A stretch of DNA of 32,000 bases from Microcystis aeruginosa NIES-2549. GTDB taxonomy: Bacteria; Cyanobacteriota; Cyanobacteriia; Cyanobacteriales; Microcystaceae. The stretch's first letter is position 1. The number at the start of each line of letters is the position of its first letter. The translations under genes and the position numbers were made by a program. This document shows, one piece after another, positions 1 through 10,185 of this stretch. Under the pieces are notes generated by a model that saw only the letters and a list, made by a program, of their open reading frames with translations, had not been told where the DNA came from and ran no database searches. The stretch spans positions 1,710,001-1,742,000 of the forward strand of contig NZ_CP011304.1 in the NCBI RefSeq assembly GCF_000981785.2. Direction: 5' to 3'.

Positions 1-1429
1 CCCCGCGTAAATCGGACTCTTCCAGGTCTGCATAACCGAGATAGGCATTATTTAAATTGGTATTTTTGAGAATAGCTTGACTGAGATTAGCCCGGCCCAG
101 ATCCGCATTGGATAGATCCGCTCCTTGTAAATTAGTGCCTGTTAATTTGCATTGAAAGAAATTTACCCCCAAAAGTTTTGCTTTAGACAGATTGAGATTC
201 GATAATTCCTCCTGGGCAAAATTGCGCCGGCCGTTATTGTAAGCATCGAGAATCGCTTTTTCATCTAAGCGGCGTTTTCTCTTCAGTAAGGTTATATCTG
301 CGCTGCTGTGGTCTTTGTTTCTGGATGGTATATTTATATTGGTTGTGAAAAAGGCCATCTGTCCCCCCAGCAGATTATCTGGAGAGGCCCCTGAATTTTT
401 ATTTTTGGGGCGAAATTTAAAGTTGAGAGGGCCAGAAACGGAGGAAGTGGCTATTGGACCTAAATGTTGTGGTGGTTTCGGGGAAGTAACCATTGGAGCC
501 GCGGTTAAACTTTGGGCTAGACTATCGGCATAAGCGGTCATGTCTAAAGCATCCATTACCTCTTGGGCGGATTTGTAGCGATGACGGACGGAGACTTCCA
601 GCATTGTTTTCAGGACTTTAGCAAACTGGGGACTCACCTTGACTAATTTTTCCCAGAGTAATTCACCTGTATTGACATCAACTTCGATAGCTTTAGGAGA
701 TCTGCCCGTGAGTAGATAGATACAGGTAACTCCCACGGCATAGATATCACTAGCATAGACCGGACGCATGGCCATCTGTTCGGGAGGGGCAAAACCTTGG
801 GTACCCACGGCAAAATTAGTGAAGGCAGTTTGAGAATTGACATTGGCAATAATAGTGTTAACTTGATTTTTGACAGCCCCAAAGTCAATCAGAACCAATT
901 TTCGATCCGTTTGCCGAAGAATTAGGTTAGCGGGTTTGATATCCCGATGAATTACCTTTTGTTTGTGGATATATTTCAAAATCGGCAACAGTTCACTTAA
1001 AAACTGTTTGACTCCCGCTTCGCTAAACGGTCCGCGTTTTTTTACCTCTTGGTACAGGTTATGACCTTTAACGTATTCTTGAACTAGATAAAACTGTTGA
1101 TTATCTTCAAAATAGTCCAATAATCGGGGAACCTGCGGATGAACGCCCAGTTTTCCCAGGGTTTCCGCTTCTCGCCCAAAAAGTTCCCTGGCCATCTGAA
1201 AAACATTAGGATCGTCAGTGGAAGGTCGCAGTTGTTTGACCACACAGATGGGGTTACCTGGTAGGGACAAATCCGATGAGACAAAGGTTGCCCCAAACCC
1301 TCCTTTCCCTAAAATGCCTAGGATCTGATAGCGGTCGTGCAGAAGAAGTTTTGAACCGCAACTCTCGCAGATTAACGCTTTTGGGGCGTTTTTCGGTTGA
1401 GGACAGTCGGGATTAAGGCAGTAGGTCAT
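1..1429 (-). CDS. Hanks-type Ser/Thr protein kinase with N-terminal Cys4 zinc-ribbon-like motif and C-terminal pentapeptide repeats; 3' end runs off the window
   Basis: Absent from the ORF track because there is no stop in the window. My translation from ATG (rc of CAT 1427-1429) reads MTYCLNPDCPQPKNAPKALICESCGSKLLLHDRYQILGILGKGGFGATF..CVVKQL..HRDIKPANLIL..DFGAVK..GTQGFAPPEQ. The distal part (window ~1-240) reads NLSKAKLLGVNFFQCKLTGTNLQGADLSNADLGRANLSQAILKNTNLNNAYLGYADL, which are pentapeptide repeats. Confidence 0.85.
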   Translation of the reverse strand, partial: MTYCLNPDCPQPKNAPKALICESCGSKLLLHDRYQILGILGKGGFGATFVSSDLSLPGNPICVVKQLRPSTDDPNVFQMARELFGREAETLGKLGVHPQVPRLLDYFEDNQQFYLVQEYVKGHNLYQEVKKRGPFSEAGVKQFLSELLPILKYIHKQKVIHRDIKPANLILRQTDRKLVLIDFGAVKNQVNTIIANVNSQTAFTNFAVGTQGFAPPEQMAMRPVYASDIYAVGVTCIYLLTGRSPKAIEVDVNTGELLWEKLVKVSPQFAKVLKTMLEVSVRHRYKSAQEVMDALDMTAYADSLAQSLTAAPMVTSPKPPQHLGPIATSSVSGPLNFKFRPKNKNSGASPDNLLGGQMAFFTTNINIPSRNKDHSSADITLLKRKRRLDEKAILDAYNNGRRNFAQEELSNLNLSKAKLLGVNFFQCKLTGTNLQGADLSNADLGRANLSQAILKNTNLNNAYLGYADLEESDLRG

Positions 1430-1884
1430 ATAGAGTCACCAGTTGACCAATACTTTTTTGCTAACTATAGTTTAACAATGCACTCTTTCGAGATTCTCCT
1501 CAAGAGGGAGGACTTACCAGAGTCTAAAACCCTAAAGAAGCTTTAGACAATCAAAGCGCGTGTAACGCCTTTTAGTGTGACTGCTTGGTTAACGCAGGGG
1601 CAACTTATCAAGATAGCGGTTGCTGGCTAACTGGGATTTTCACCTAAACTATCCCAGTTTATCACAGATTTTAACATTGGCTATCTAAATTACTCGTTAA
1701 AATTGCGGGAGAGAAGAGAGAAGGGAGCAGGGAGAAAAAGTTTGAGCATTTGTACTAAAATATCTAATACGCAGTTTAAATAGGGCTTGCTGAAAAAGGC
1801 CTAGGCTGGGGTCCGGCAGAAGGCAGAAGGCAGGAGTTTAAGGCTTTGTTGCCCTCTTTTTTATTGTACCAGTTTATGTACTAA

Positions 1885-2118
1885 AACAAGGATAATGCCA
1901 GGTTTTTGAAGGTTCCAATCCTAAAAAAACGGAATCCAGAGAACTTCCCTGTGCATAGTTTTCGGACTTTATTGGAGGACTTGGGGACAATTTGCTTGAA
2001 TACAGTAGAGTGTACGATTACAGAGGGAAGCTATCATTTTTCTAAGATAAATCGACCGACTGAACTGCAACAGAAGGCGTTAGATTTATTAGAGGTTTCC
2101 TTAATTTGTAACCAGTAA
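1885..2118 (+). pseudogene. C-terminal remnant of an IS4/IS1634-type transposase
   Basis: The 70-aa ORF (..SFRTLLEDLGTICLNTVECTITEGSYHFSKINRPTELQQKALDLLEV..) resembles the typical C-terminal tail of IS1634/IS4-group transposases. There is an in-frame stop just upstream (TAA 1882-1884) and no catalytic domain. The call rests on recollection of the family pattern only. Confidence 0.35.
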
Positions 2119-2285
2119 AGCTGCGGCGGAAATTCTCTTAATCCCTCCTAGAGCAGATGTTATGGCTTTTTGTCAACGGGGAAGTCCAGAAAGACAATAA
2201 AGCTTAACATTGGCTACTTCTGCCAATTGTCAACTAATGTTAGCTTTTCTTGATAATTCATCATCCCCTCATCCCTATCCCCTCA

Positions 2286-3776
2286 TCACTTTTTCCCTTT
2301 CATCAAAGCAGCCCGGGCCTGTTCGCGGTCATCGAAATGGATTTTTTCCGTCCCCAAAATTTGATAATCTTCGTGACCTTTACCGGCAATAATTACTCCG
2401 TCTCCCGGTTGCGCTGCTTGAATAGCCGTGTCAATGGCCAAAGCGCGATCGCTAATTACCTGAACAGTAATTTCTGGGGGAATGCCAGCGATAATATCCT
2501 CAAGGATTCGTTCGGGAGCTTCTGTGCGGGGATTATCGGAGGTAACTATGGCTAAATCTGCTAATTCTGCGGCTATTTTCCCCATTAACGGCCGTTTTGT
2601 CCGATCTCGATCGCCGCCACAACCAAAAACGCAAATCATCCGACCGGAAATAAAGGGACGTGTTGCTTTTAAAACATTCTCTAAACTGTCGGGAGTATGG
2701 GCATAATCGACAATGACGCTGATATCTTGGTCGGGAGCGATGCTAACCCGTTCCATCCGCCCTGGTACTCCTGAAAACTGGGGAATTTGGGCGATTACTG
2801 TCTCTAAATCTACACCACATTCTAACACTGCCGCCACCGCCGCTAAGAGGTTAGCCAGATTATATTGACCCACCAGAGGAGAAGCAAAGGCTATTTCCCC
2901 TTGGGGAGTCACCATCACCCCTTCCACTCCCGTGGGTTGATAGTGTAAATCCTTAGTATAAAAATCGGCACTAGGATCGGACACACTATAGGTTAAAACC
3001 TGTTGGGGAGACAGGGAGGCCGCTAAACGTTGACCATATTCATCATCAAGGTTAATAACCGCCTTACCTTGCAGATAATCGGCACTAAATAATTTAGCTT
3101 TAGCGGCAAAATAATCCTCCATGTCGAGGTGATAATCGAGATGGTCCCGGGTGAGATTGGTAAACACCGTCACGGGAAAAGTACAACCCTGTACCCGTCC
3201 CTGGGCCAGTGCATGGGAACTAACTTCCATGACGGCGATTTCATTGCCGGCGCTCACCGCTTTGGCCAAACTAGCTTGTAACTCGTTAGCGAAAGGGGTG
3301 GTATGATTGGCGGTTTCTTGGAATCCTTGCCAACGGGTGTAAAGAGTTCCGAATAAAGCGGTGGGAATCTCTGCTTGGCTGAGAAAATATTCAATTAGAT
3401 GGGTGGTGGTGGTTTTGCCGTTGGTTCCCGTCACACCGATTAATTTTAGGGTAAGGGCCGGATAATGATAGAATTTAGCAGCGATCGCGGCAGTGGCAGT
3501 AACTAAATCTGCCACAACGATTACGCAAGCATCCTCCGGGGGGGGAAATTTAGCGGCGGCTGCTGGGGAGATAAGCGCCGCTACGGCCCCGCTTTCCAAA
3601 GCGGAACGCCAAAATTCGCCGCCATCGACGCGAGTACCGGGTAAACCGATAAATAAATCTCCCGGTTGACAAGCATGGGAATTGGTGGAAATTCCTGTAA
3701 TCTCGGTAATAGAAGCGATAGGAGAAGAAATCGGGGAAACCAGAGGGATAGTTTTTAAAAGTTCTTGTAGTTTCAT
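2286..3776 (-). CDS. murE: UDP-N-acetylmuramoyl-L-alanyl-D-glutamate--2,6-diaminopimelate ligase
   Basis: 496 aa. Mur ligase P-loop GVTGTNGKTTTTHL, DNPRTE motif near the C-terminus, overall MurE architecture. Confidence 0.95.
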   Translation of the reverse strand: MKLQELLKTIPLVSPISSPIASITEITGISTNSHACQPGDLFIGLPGTRVDGGEFWRSALESGAVAALISPAAAAKFPPPEDACVIVVADLVTATAAIAAKFYHYPALTLKLIGVTGTNGKTTTTHLIEYFLSQAEIPTALFGTLYTRWQGFQETANHTTPFANELQASLAKAVSAGNEIAVMEVSSHALAQGRVQGCTFPVTVFTNLTRDHLDYHLDMEDYFAAKAKLFSADYLQGKAVINLDDEYGQRLAASLSPQQVLTYSVSDPSADFYTKDLHYQPTGVEGVMVTPQGEIAFASPLVGQYNLANLLAAVAAVLECGVDLETVIAQIPQFSGVPGRMERVSIAPDQDISVIVDYAHTPDSLENVLKATRPFISGRMICVFGCGGDRDRTKRPLMGKIAAELADLAIVTSDNPRTEAPERILEDIIAGIPPEITVQVISDRALAIDTAIQAAQPGDGVIIAGKGHEDYQILGTEKIHFDDREQARAALMKGKK

Positions 3777-3960
3777 AGTCAGGATTGAATCTAGGGATTG
3801 CTGCTTTTAGATTAGCCGATTATCAAAGAGGTTCCTAGGCTATTAATTTAACGATAAAAAAACTCAGCAGTAAGGATATCAACCGCGATAAGCTAAAAAA
3901 AACAAGGCTATAGCTTGTCAACTGTTGACGATTTTCTGCGGAGATTTTCGGGATATTTAT

Positions 3961-4707
3961 ATGCAATTCGTCGATTTTCTGGCTCTCATTCATCCTGTCC
4001 TAGCGATAGTGGTCGTTTTTCCTATTATCGGCCTCGTAGTTAACTTTGCTTGGCAAACCCGTCAACGTCGCCTAGAAACCAACGCGGGAAATAAAAGTAA
4101 AATTCCCCCAGTGGTCGGGCCAGAACATCTACGTTTAGGCCGCTGGTTAACGGGTACAGTGGTAGGGGTGAACCTTTTAGCACTAGCTTACTCGGTCGTT
4201 TACGGTTTTAATGGTTTTGTCGATAAACAAAAAGACGGAAAATTAGACCCCTTTCAGGTCATTTTTGTGATTTTGATGTTTTTTGTCACCATTGCCTCTT
4301 TGGCCTGTCTCTACCGCGCTAAACAAGGCCTCTGGCGCGGAATTTTTGCCACCTTGACTGGCATGGGTTTAATTATTATCGGTTCTCAGGATGGGGTCTG
4401 GCGACTCTCGGACCAATGGTACTGGTCCCACTACTATATCGGCATGGCCGCATCATTACTGATGATTTTCTCTCTGGCCATTGTCGAAGATATCTATAAA
4501 GACCGTTCCCATCGTTGGCGCATTGCCCATACAATTCTCAATTGTATCGCTCTGGCTCTCTTTCTGGGACAAGCCATGACCGGTTCCAGGGATTTGCTGG
4601 AAATTCCCCTCAGTTGGCAAAAACCAGCAATTTATCGCTGTGATTTCACCAATAAAACCTGTCCCGAACCGAAATCCTCAACCCCCCTGATCAACCCGAT
4701 AAGTTAA
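3961..4707 (+). CDS. Polytopic membrane protein, DUF4079-like
   Basis: About six predicted TM helices. Histidines lie in or near the helices (IHPVLAI, WSHYYIG, AHTILNC). ATG at 3961 is preferred over the TTG at 3925 used by the ORF track. The family assignment is from memory of DUF4079 proteins. Confidence 0.55.
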   Translation: MQFVDFLALIHPVLAIVVVFPIIGLVVNFAWQTRQRRLETNAGNKSKIPPVVGPEHLRLGRWLTGTVVGVNLLALAYSVVYGFNGFVDKQKDGKLDPFQVIFVILMFFVTIASLACLYRAKQGLWRGIFATLTGMGLIIIGSQDGVWRLSDQWYWSHYYIGMAASLLMIFSLAIVEDIYKDRSHRWRIAHTILNCIALALFLGQAMTGSRDLLEIPLSWQKPAIYRCDFTNKTCPEPKSSTPLINPIS

Positions 4708-4713
4708 ACTTTT

Positions 4714-6318
4714 TTAGGGACTGGGAGAGGGAGAGGGTATGGGTTCCTCAAACCAATTGGCAATCTTATCAAGTTGGGGCAAAGTGTTTAAGGGATTGGG
4801 TTTCAGGTTTTCGATTAAGTCAGTCCATTCTACTCCTTGTATCACAGCAACTGCGCCGCTATTTGGGGCACAGGTTGAAATTTTGCCCCAATTTTTACCC
4901 CAGGCGGCGCCGACGAAATCACCGTTACCGGTTTTACCGAGGGAATAGTCAGGAGCAAAGATAAACGCTTCTAGTCTTCGGTTTTGACCCACTCTCAGAC
5001 AAATTTGCGGCGCGGCGGCACCTAATCCATTATCGGCATAAATTTGTAGATTGCCCGGTTTACAGCCAGTCACGTTACCACAATTGTGTTCGATCTCACC
5101 ATCAATATTACCTTTAACATAAAAAACTACCCGTTGCCCCGGAGTAATGGTGATCTTATCGTTACCACTCAAGTTGATATTATTAACGATATACTCGTAC
5201 ACCTGTACGCTTTGACCGTTAATCGTGCGAGTAGTGGGTGTGTCTCCCTGTCTGGGAAAAGTTCTCTGAGCAACCGAAAGACTATCGTTAAGTGCCAGGT
5301 TTTGCTGACCAGAGGGAAGGCCAGTGGGAATCGGCGGTAAATTGGGGAAAGGGACACCGACAAATTGCGCTTTGTAGGGGGTATTGGGTGCGGGTGTGGG
5401 CTGTTGAATATTATTTTGGTTAATATGACATTCTAGGTTCGGTTGCAAAGTTCCTGTCGCCTCGACAAATCCCGTCGTCGTCGTGGTGTCGCTCATAACC
5501 ACATCCCCCTGAAATTTAGCACCGCCAGAATAATTTGGATTGCTGACCGTAATCTGGCTAGTTTGACTGAGATCTTCTGTGGCTCCCTCCCTTATCCACA
5601 AAGTCGGGACCGTAGTGCGAGTGAATGCGAGGGGACGGGAAGGAAAAATAGGGATAGTTACCACCACGCGGTTACGCGAGGCGGCATTATCGCCACTATC
5701 TCTATTGATATCAATGTTAGTTAGGTCTGTTGCGGCACTTTTGCGGGAAAGTCCTTCGAGGGTGAGAACTCCCCAACCCAAAATATTGGGGTCAGAGCTT
5801 GGGGTAAAATTGTATCCCACCACGCGATAATAACGATTATTACCTAGATCAAACCATTCACCACTAGCCAAATCTCTTAATCCTGGATTTACTGCTCGTT
5901 GTCCTGTGGGTGCGAGGATTTTGTAGGCAATTTCGTTATTACGATTGGGATTACCACAGGCGGTGGCAATGGCTAATTTTTTTAAATCTCTTTGGAAAAT
6001 GCTACTAGGATTACCAGTGGGTACTTCGGCCCACTCCCAACAATCGCCGGAATCACAATTACTGGGAACCGTTGCCATAACTCGAATGCTATTGAGTAAA
6101 TCCCGCACGCGAGCCACTCCAGCTTCGGCACTACTTAAAGCATCAGCCCGGGATTTTTGGGCAATTACTTTCGATTGATCCCCTTGGACGCGCATCATCA
6201 CAGTTATTCCTGTTCCCATTATGATAACTCCAATTAACAAGGCAAGAGGCAAGGCAAACCCTTTTTCCCTATTAGCCATCAGGTGAAGGTATAAACGATT
6301 TTTCATAGACCAGTCCAT
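4714..6318 (-). CDS. PilX_N-like (type IV pilus minor-pilin-like) secreted protein
   Basis: The N-terminus ..NREKGFALPLALLIGVIIMGTGITVMM.. is a short basic leader plus a hydrophobic helix, as in PilX N-terminal domain proteins (no Glu at +5). The remainder is Thr/Asn/Gly-rich and non-enzymatic in appearance, with a PSPSPSP tail. Confidence 0.5.
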   Translation of the reverse strand: MDWSMKNRLYLHLMANREKGFALPLALLIGVIIMGTGITVMMRVQGDQSKVIAQKSRADALSSAEAGVARVRDLLNSIRVMATVPSNCDSGDCWEWAEVPTGNPSSIFQRDLKKLAIATACGNPNRNNEIAYKILAPTGQRAVNPGLRDLASGEWFDLGNNRYYRVVGYNFTPSSDPNILGWGVLTLEGLSRKSAATDLTNIDINRDSGDNAASRNRVVVTIPIFPSRPLAFTRTTVPTLWIREGATEDLSQTSQITVSNPNYSGGAKFQGDVVMSDTTTTTGFVEATGTLQPNLECHINQNNIQQPTPAPNTPYKAQFVGVPFPNLPPIPTGLPSGQQNLALNDSLSVAQRTFPRQGDTPTTRTINGQSVQVYEYIVNNINLSGNDKITITPGQRVVFYVKGNIDGEIEHNCGNVTGCKPGNLQIYADNGLGAAAPQICLRVGQNRRLEAFIFAPDYSLGKTGNGDFVGAAWGKNWGKISTCAPNSGAVAVIQGVEWTDLIENLKPNPLNTLPQLDKIANWFEEPIPSPSPSP

Positions 6319-6485
6319 CTAAGAATGGTTACTTTTATTATAATACTGTCAAGTTTTGGTCAAGTGACAACTGTGAGAATACAAGAATAGCACTGTGAGT
6401 AAAATCACAAACAAAAGCCAGTTGACACGATAATTAGCAATTAGTTTTTCGATAAGTAGGTAGGCGTTAAAAATTATCAGATGCC

Positions 6486-6560
6486 CGCTTTATTAAGGGG
6501 GATCGGCACCACCCTTATCAAGGGGGGCAGGGGGGATCGAACCTAAAATCTATTTTTAAT
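6486..6560. repeat. Short G-run repeat (ttaagggggatcgg..cttatcaaggggggcaggggggatcgaacctaaaatctatttttaat)
   Basis: Related copies occur at 21791-21817 (reverse orientation) and 23405-23445 (same orientation), flanking the IS element. Confidence 0.6.
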
Positions 6561-6604
6561 TTAATTATAACCAGCTACTTAAGTATTTTCGACTTTTGAC
6601 TAAA

Positions 6605-8830
6605 CTAAAGGACTGTTTTTCGATTCAGAATTACCCGCCAAATCAAGCCTATCCCCCGACAAAAGCTGATAATTAACAACCAAAAAGATTGTAATTCTCC
6701 TGCCGTATTTTTCGGTTGCCAGCGCTGGGGACGACAGAATAAAAAAGTAATTAGCTTTCTCTGCTCTGATAGGGTAAGTGGCTGGAATTTAAGGGTTGCT
6801 TGCCAGATTTTTCCTCGTTTTTCTAGATTGACTAGATGAGCCGATAGGCGCAAATCTTCGCCTAAAATATCTAGGAGTAATTTTTCTGAGTATATGGGTT
6901 CCATCAGGTTAATTTCTGCTCCTATTTCCGAAAGTTTTTTCAGATTGCCCTGTATAATTATATCCGATTCTGTTATCAATTTAACGGGAGATTCCAGCAC
7001 TTGGTATTGAGTTTCTAAGGTGAGGGGAGCTTCCAATAAAGCCACTAAAGCAGTCATGATAATAACCACGTTATATATAGCCAAAATCAAGCCAAAATTT
7101 AGGGGACTTGCTTGATAATTGTGATGGTGCAAATTAAAGAAAATACTAATTAAAGTAATGGTGAGAAAAAAGAGCAATGGGTAGGATAAATGCCAATTAT
7201 ATTGATAATTTTGGCGAGCAATTCCCTTCGGTGTCACCTGAAATCCCTTGTCAAAGGGTTTCCAAAGAACATGGAGAACTGTTAGGGCTGTAGGTACACA
7301 AATAATCATCGATAGTACCTCAGAAAAAATAATCGAGCGCGAGCGACAATTTAACCAGTGATAAGTGGCTAACTGCATCATCATGTAGGGTAAAAAGATA
7401 TAGATTGTCTCATCAATAGTAATGTTAAAAGGTACTATATAACCAAAGGTATAAAGGAGAGGAATCAGCAGAGAAAATAAACGAGCTAAGGGAGAAAACC
7501 AAAATAATATTCCTTCTAAGTGTGCCAATCTTTGAGGTAGAGTTAATCCCGCAATTTTTAGGGGATTAGCTTTGATAAAAAAGGCCTGTAAAGTTCCCCT
7601 TGCCCAGCGCAATCTTTGCCGTAAATAAGCTGATAAACTTTCGGCAGATAAACCAGCACTGAGTTTTTCATTTAAGTAAATAACTTCATAACCTTGGGCA
7701 GAGATAGCAATTCCAGTAAAATAGTCTTCACTAATAGATTCTATATTAAAGTAGCCCACTTCTTCTAAGGCCTTTCTTCTGACAATAAAAGAAGTGCCAG
7801 CACAAACAGGACTACCCACCCCATCTTTAGCTGGTTGGATATGACGATAAAATAATTCTTCGTCGGGAGTAACGATATTTTCTAAACCTAAGTTATGGGC
7901 AATAGGATCGGCATTATAAAAGCTTTGGGGAGTTTGCACTAAGGCAATTTTTGGGTTTTGAAACCAGCCAACAGTTCTTTCTAGAAAGTTCTGACAAGGG
8001 ATAAAATCCGCATCAAAAACTACCACTAATTCCCCTTGGCTTTGTTTGAGAGCATGGTTTAAATTACCTGCTTTAGCGTTTTTTCTATCCTCACGAGTCA
8101 GATAATGACAATTTAATTTTTCTGCTAATTGATGAATTTCTGACCTCTGGGTATCATCGAGGATATAAATATTTTTATGGGGATAATTAAGGGCTTGACA
8201 ACCGATAATAGTTCTTTTTAAAATGAAGGCTGGCTCATTATAGGTGGGAATGAGGATATCTACCGTCGGTAAATACTGTTTATCGATTACCCCTTGGCTA
8301 TAAAAATCAGCTTCTTTGCGTCTATCCTTCGTGGTTAAGACTAAAAATAACTGAATCACGCTACTACTTAAAACCATCATCTCAATGCCTAAAAGGAGTA
8401 AACTAAAAAAGCCATTGAGAGGAGTAGAAAGATTTAAGGTTTCCAGAATTCTCCAGAGTAGATAGCGCAGGGTTATAGCTAGAGTGATAGAAATAATGAC
8501 TAATCTTGACCAAACTTGTGGACGCGGAGACAAGAAAACGATTAACTGCGTAAAAATTAGCAGGATAACCGTGGGTAATAATAATTGATAGCTATGAGCA
8601 ACCGTGGGAACTTTAATCCAAGCAAATGGGTTAAAAAATTCTTCTACTAAGCCAAGGATTAATCGATAAATATTGTGTTCTGGCCAACATAATGATAAAC
8701 TAACCATCATTAGCCCGCCGATCACTGCCAAAATAATTAAAATAACCGATATTATCACTAAAATCGATGTTAATACGGAGGAATATGCTGGTTTTTGAGG
8801 GAACGTAAAAATTGACTCTTGGTTAGACAT
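6605..8830 (-). CDS. Processive family-2 glycosyltransferase, BcsA/cellulose-synthase-like, with C-terminal PilZ-position domain
   Basis: 741 aa. Motifs ILIPTYNEP, ILDD, VVFDADF, SISEDYFTG (TED-like) and QRLRWARG (QxxRW). Multiple TM helices on both sides of the catalytic domain. The C-terminal ~100 aa soluble domain contains LSEIGA (xSxxG). Confidence 0.85.
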   Translation of the reverse strand: MSNQESIFTFPQKPAYSSVLTSILVIISVILIILAVIGGLMMVSLSLCWPEHNIYRLILGLVEEFFNPFAWIKVPTVAHSYQLLLPTVILLIFTQLIVFLSPRPQVWSRLVIISITLAITLRYLLWRILETLNLSTPLNGFFSLLLLGIEMMVLSSSVIQLFLVLTTKDRRKEADFYSQGVIDKQYLPTVDILIPTYNEPAFILKRTIIGCQALNYPHKNIYILDDTQRSEIHQLAEKLNCHYLTREDRKNAKAGNLNHALKQSQGELVVVFDADFIPCQNFLERTVGWFQNPKIALVQTPQSFYNADPIAHNLGLENIVTPDEELFYRHIQPAKDGVGSPVCAGTSFIVRRKALEEVGYFNIESISEDYFTGIAISAQGYEVIYLNEKLSAGLSAESLSAYLRQRLRWARGTLQAFFIKANPLKIAGLTLPQRLAHLEGILFWFSPLARLFSLLIPLLYTFGYIVPFNITIDETIYIFLPYMMMQLATYHWLNCRSRSIIFSEVLSMIICVPTALTVLHVLWKPFDKGFQVTPKGIARQNYQYNWHLSYPLLFFLTITLISIFFNLHHHNYQASPLNFGLILAIYNVVIIMTALVALLEAPLTLETQYQVLESPVKLITESDIIIQGNLKKLSEIGAEINLMEPIYSEKLLLDILGEDLRLSAHLVNLEKRGKIWQATLKFQPLTLSEQRKLITFLFCRPQRWQPKNTAGELQSFWLLIISFCRGIGLIWRVILNRKTVL

Positions 8831-9017
8831 AAATCCCCTTCTGAGTAAATAAATCTAACTACATTTTACAATTCTTAACAAAAACCCTGTGCATTTTTGG
8901 CAATGACAGGAGCGCTCTCCACCAAAATGCTAAATTTTGTATCAAACCCAAGATGAAACTAGCCAGAAAAAGTCTAGAAATAGTATACTCTGGTTAACCG
9001 TGAGGAAAAATCAATCT

Positions 9018-9200
9018 ATGATAGCCGTCAAAATCGCCGTTGTTAGCGCTCTCGTTTTAGTTGTGGTCAAATTCGTCGCTTCTGTTCTAGGTAAAGGCAA
9101 TATACCCCTACTTAATCAGGCTGTCACCGTGATTTTAAGCCTTTTTATCGGTTTTGAGTTGATTCAACTGGGACAAGCGGTGATTGAAAAGATTAATTAA
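9018..9200 (+). CDS. Small hypothetical membrane protein (60 aa)
   Basis: MIAVKIAVVSALVLVVVKFVASVLG..VTVILSLFIGFELIQLG gives two hydrophobic helices. GAGGA lies 12 nt upstream of the ATG at 9018. The longer track ORF starts at 8937. No family was recognised. Confidence 0.35.
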   Translation: MIAVKIAVVSALVLVVVKFVASVLGKGNIPLLNQAVTVILSLFIGFELIQLGQAVIEKIN

Positions 9201-9732
9201 GGGCTAAACGGGCCAGATAGAAGCTAGTAATAGTTTTAGCATCGATCGATTCTCCCTTGGTGATCGCTGATTCCATTTCCTCAAAACTCATAAAAACCAC
9301 TTCCAGATCTTCATCGGCATCTTGAGCGGGGGGCAAGCTTAATTTTTCCAGATCCCGGGCCAGAAAAGCATAGATGTATTCATCGGAATAACCCGGTGCC
9401 AGAGCAAATTTACCCAAAGATTGCCAATTGTGGGCCCGATAGCCCGCTTCTTCCTCTAATTCTCGTTTTACCGTCGTAGCAGGGTCTTCTCCTTCATCAA
9501 TCGTCCCGGCGGGAAATTCCAGAATGCGAGCTTGCAAACTAAACCGATACTGACGTACTAAAACTAATTGACCTTCCTTGGTGATTGGAACTGCTAAAGC
9601 ACCCCCCGGATGACGCACACATTCCCATTCTCCCTCGACACCGTTAGGTAAACGCAGTTTCGAGACTTCAAATTGAAAGACGCGACCCTGATAAAAAAGA
9701 CGTTGTTGGAGAAATTGAGGCGGTTCAGACAT
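9193..9732 (-). CDS. Nudix hydrolase (ADP-ribose pyrophosphatase-like)
   Basis: Nudix box GTIDEGEDPATTVKRELEEEAGY matches GX5EX7REUXEEXGU. Confidence 0.9.
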   Translation of the reverse strand: MSEPPQFLQQRLFYQGRVFQFEVSKLRLPNGVEGEWECVRHPGGALAVPITKEGQLVLVRQYRFSLQARILEFPAGTIDEGEDPATTVKRELEEEAGYRAHNWQSLGKFALAPGYSDEYIYAFLARDLEKLSLPPAQDADEDLEVVFMSFEEMESAITKGESIDAKTITSFYLARLALN

Positions 9733-9852
9733 AGAAAATTTGCAACTAGGACTTTAAGAATTAATATCAACAAATGTCACCTTTGTCACCGGTGTTTCAG
9801 GTTATAATGAGAAATGCTGTCTTTACAGGTTAAATCTTTTTCGAGAAACCCC

Positions 9853-10155
9853 ATGGCAAAAAAATCGATGGTAGAACGCGAGAAAAAACGCGCTCGTCTC
9901 AGACAAAAATACGAAGCTAAAAGAGCGGAACTAAAAGAACAATTCCGCACCGCCGAAGATTTTGAAGAAAAACTGGCAATTCACCAAAAATTACAGGAAT
10001 TACCCCGCAATAGCGCTCCTAGTCGTCACCGCAACCGTTGTTTAACGACCGGCAGACCGAGAGGATACTATCGCGATTTTGGTTTATCCCGCAACGTTTT
10101 ACGCGAATGGGCCCACCAAGGTCTTTTACCCGGTGTGGTCAAGTCTAGCTGGTAG
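9853..10155 (+). CDS. rpsN: 30S ribosomal protein S14
   Basis: [57 protein letters not shown]. The ATG at 9853 gives the canonical 100-aa protein; the track ORF starts earlier. Confidence 0.95.
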   Translation: MAKKSMVEREKKRARLRQKYEAKRAELKEQFRTAEDFEEKLAIHQKLQELPRNSAPSRHRNRCLTTGRPRGYYRDFGLSRNVLREWAHQGLLPGVVKSSW

Positions 10156-10185
10156 TCAGAAACAATATCTAGGGAAAATACCGGG

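Noticed and set aside
315-1296. Track ORFs 315-533(+), 643-888(-) and 1084-1296(-)
   Set aside because: They are off-frame or antisense within the kinase gene, whose long frame has clear kinase motifs.
2210-2706. Plus-strand ORFs overlapping the 3' part of murE
   Set aside because: They are antisense to a high-confidence gene and have no recognisable motifs.
6525-6550. tRNA-like T-arm string (rc ggttcgatcccccc), suggesting a tRNA gene or tRNA-derived attachment site
   Set aside because: I could not build an acceptor stem, anticodon arm or D arm around it. The same string recurs in the dispersed G-run repeat at 21791-21817.
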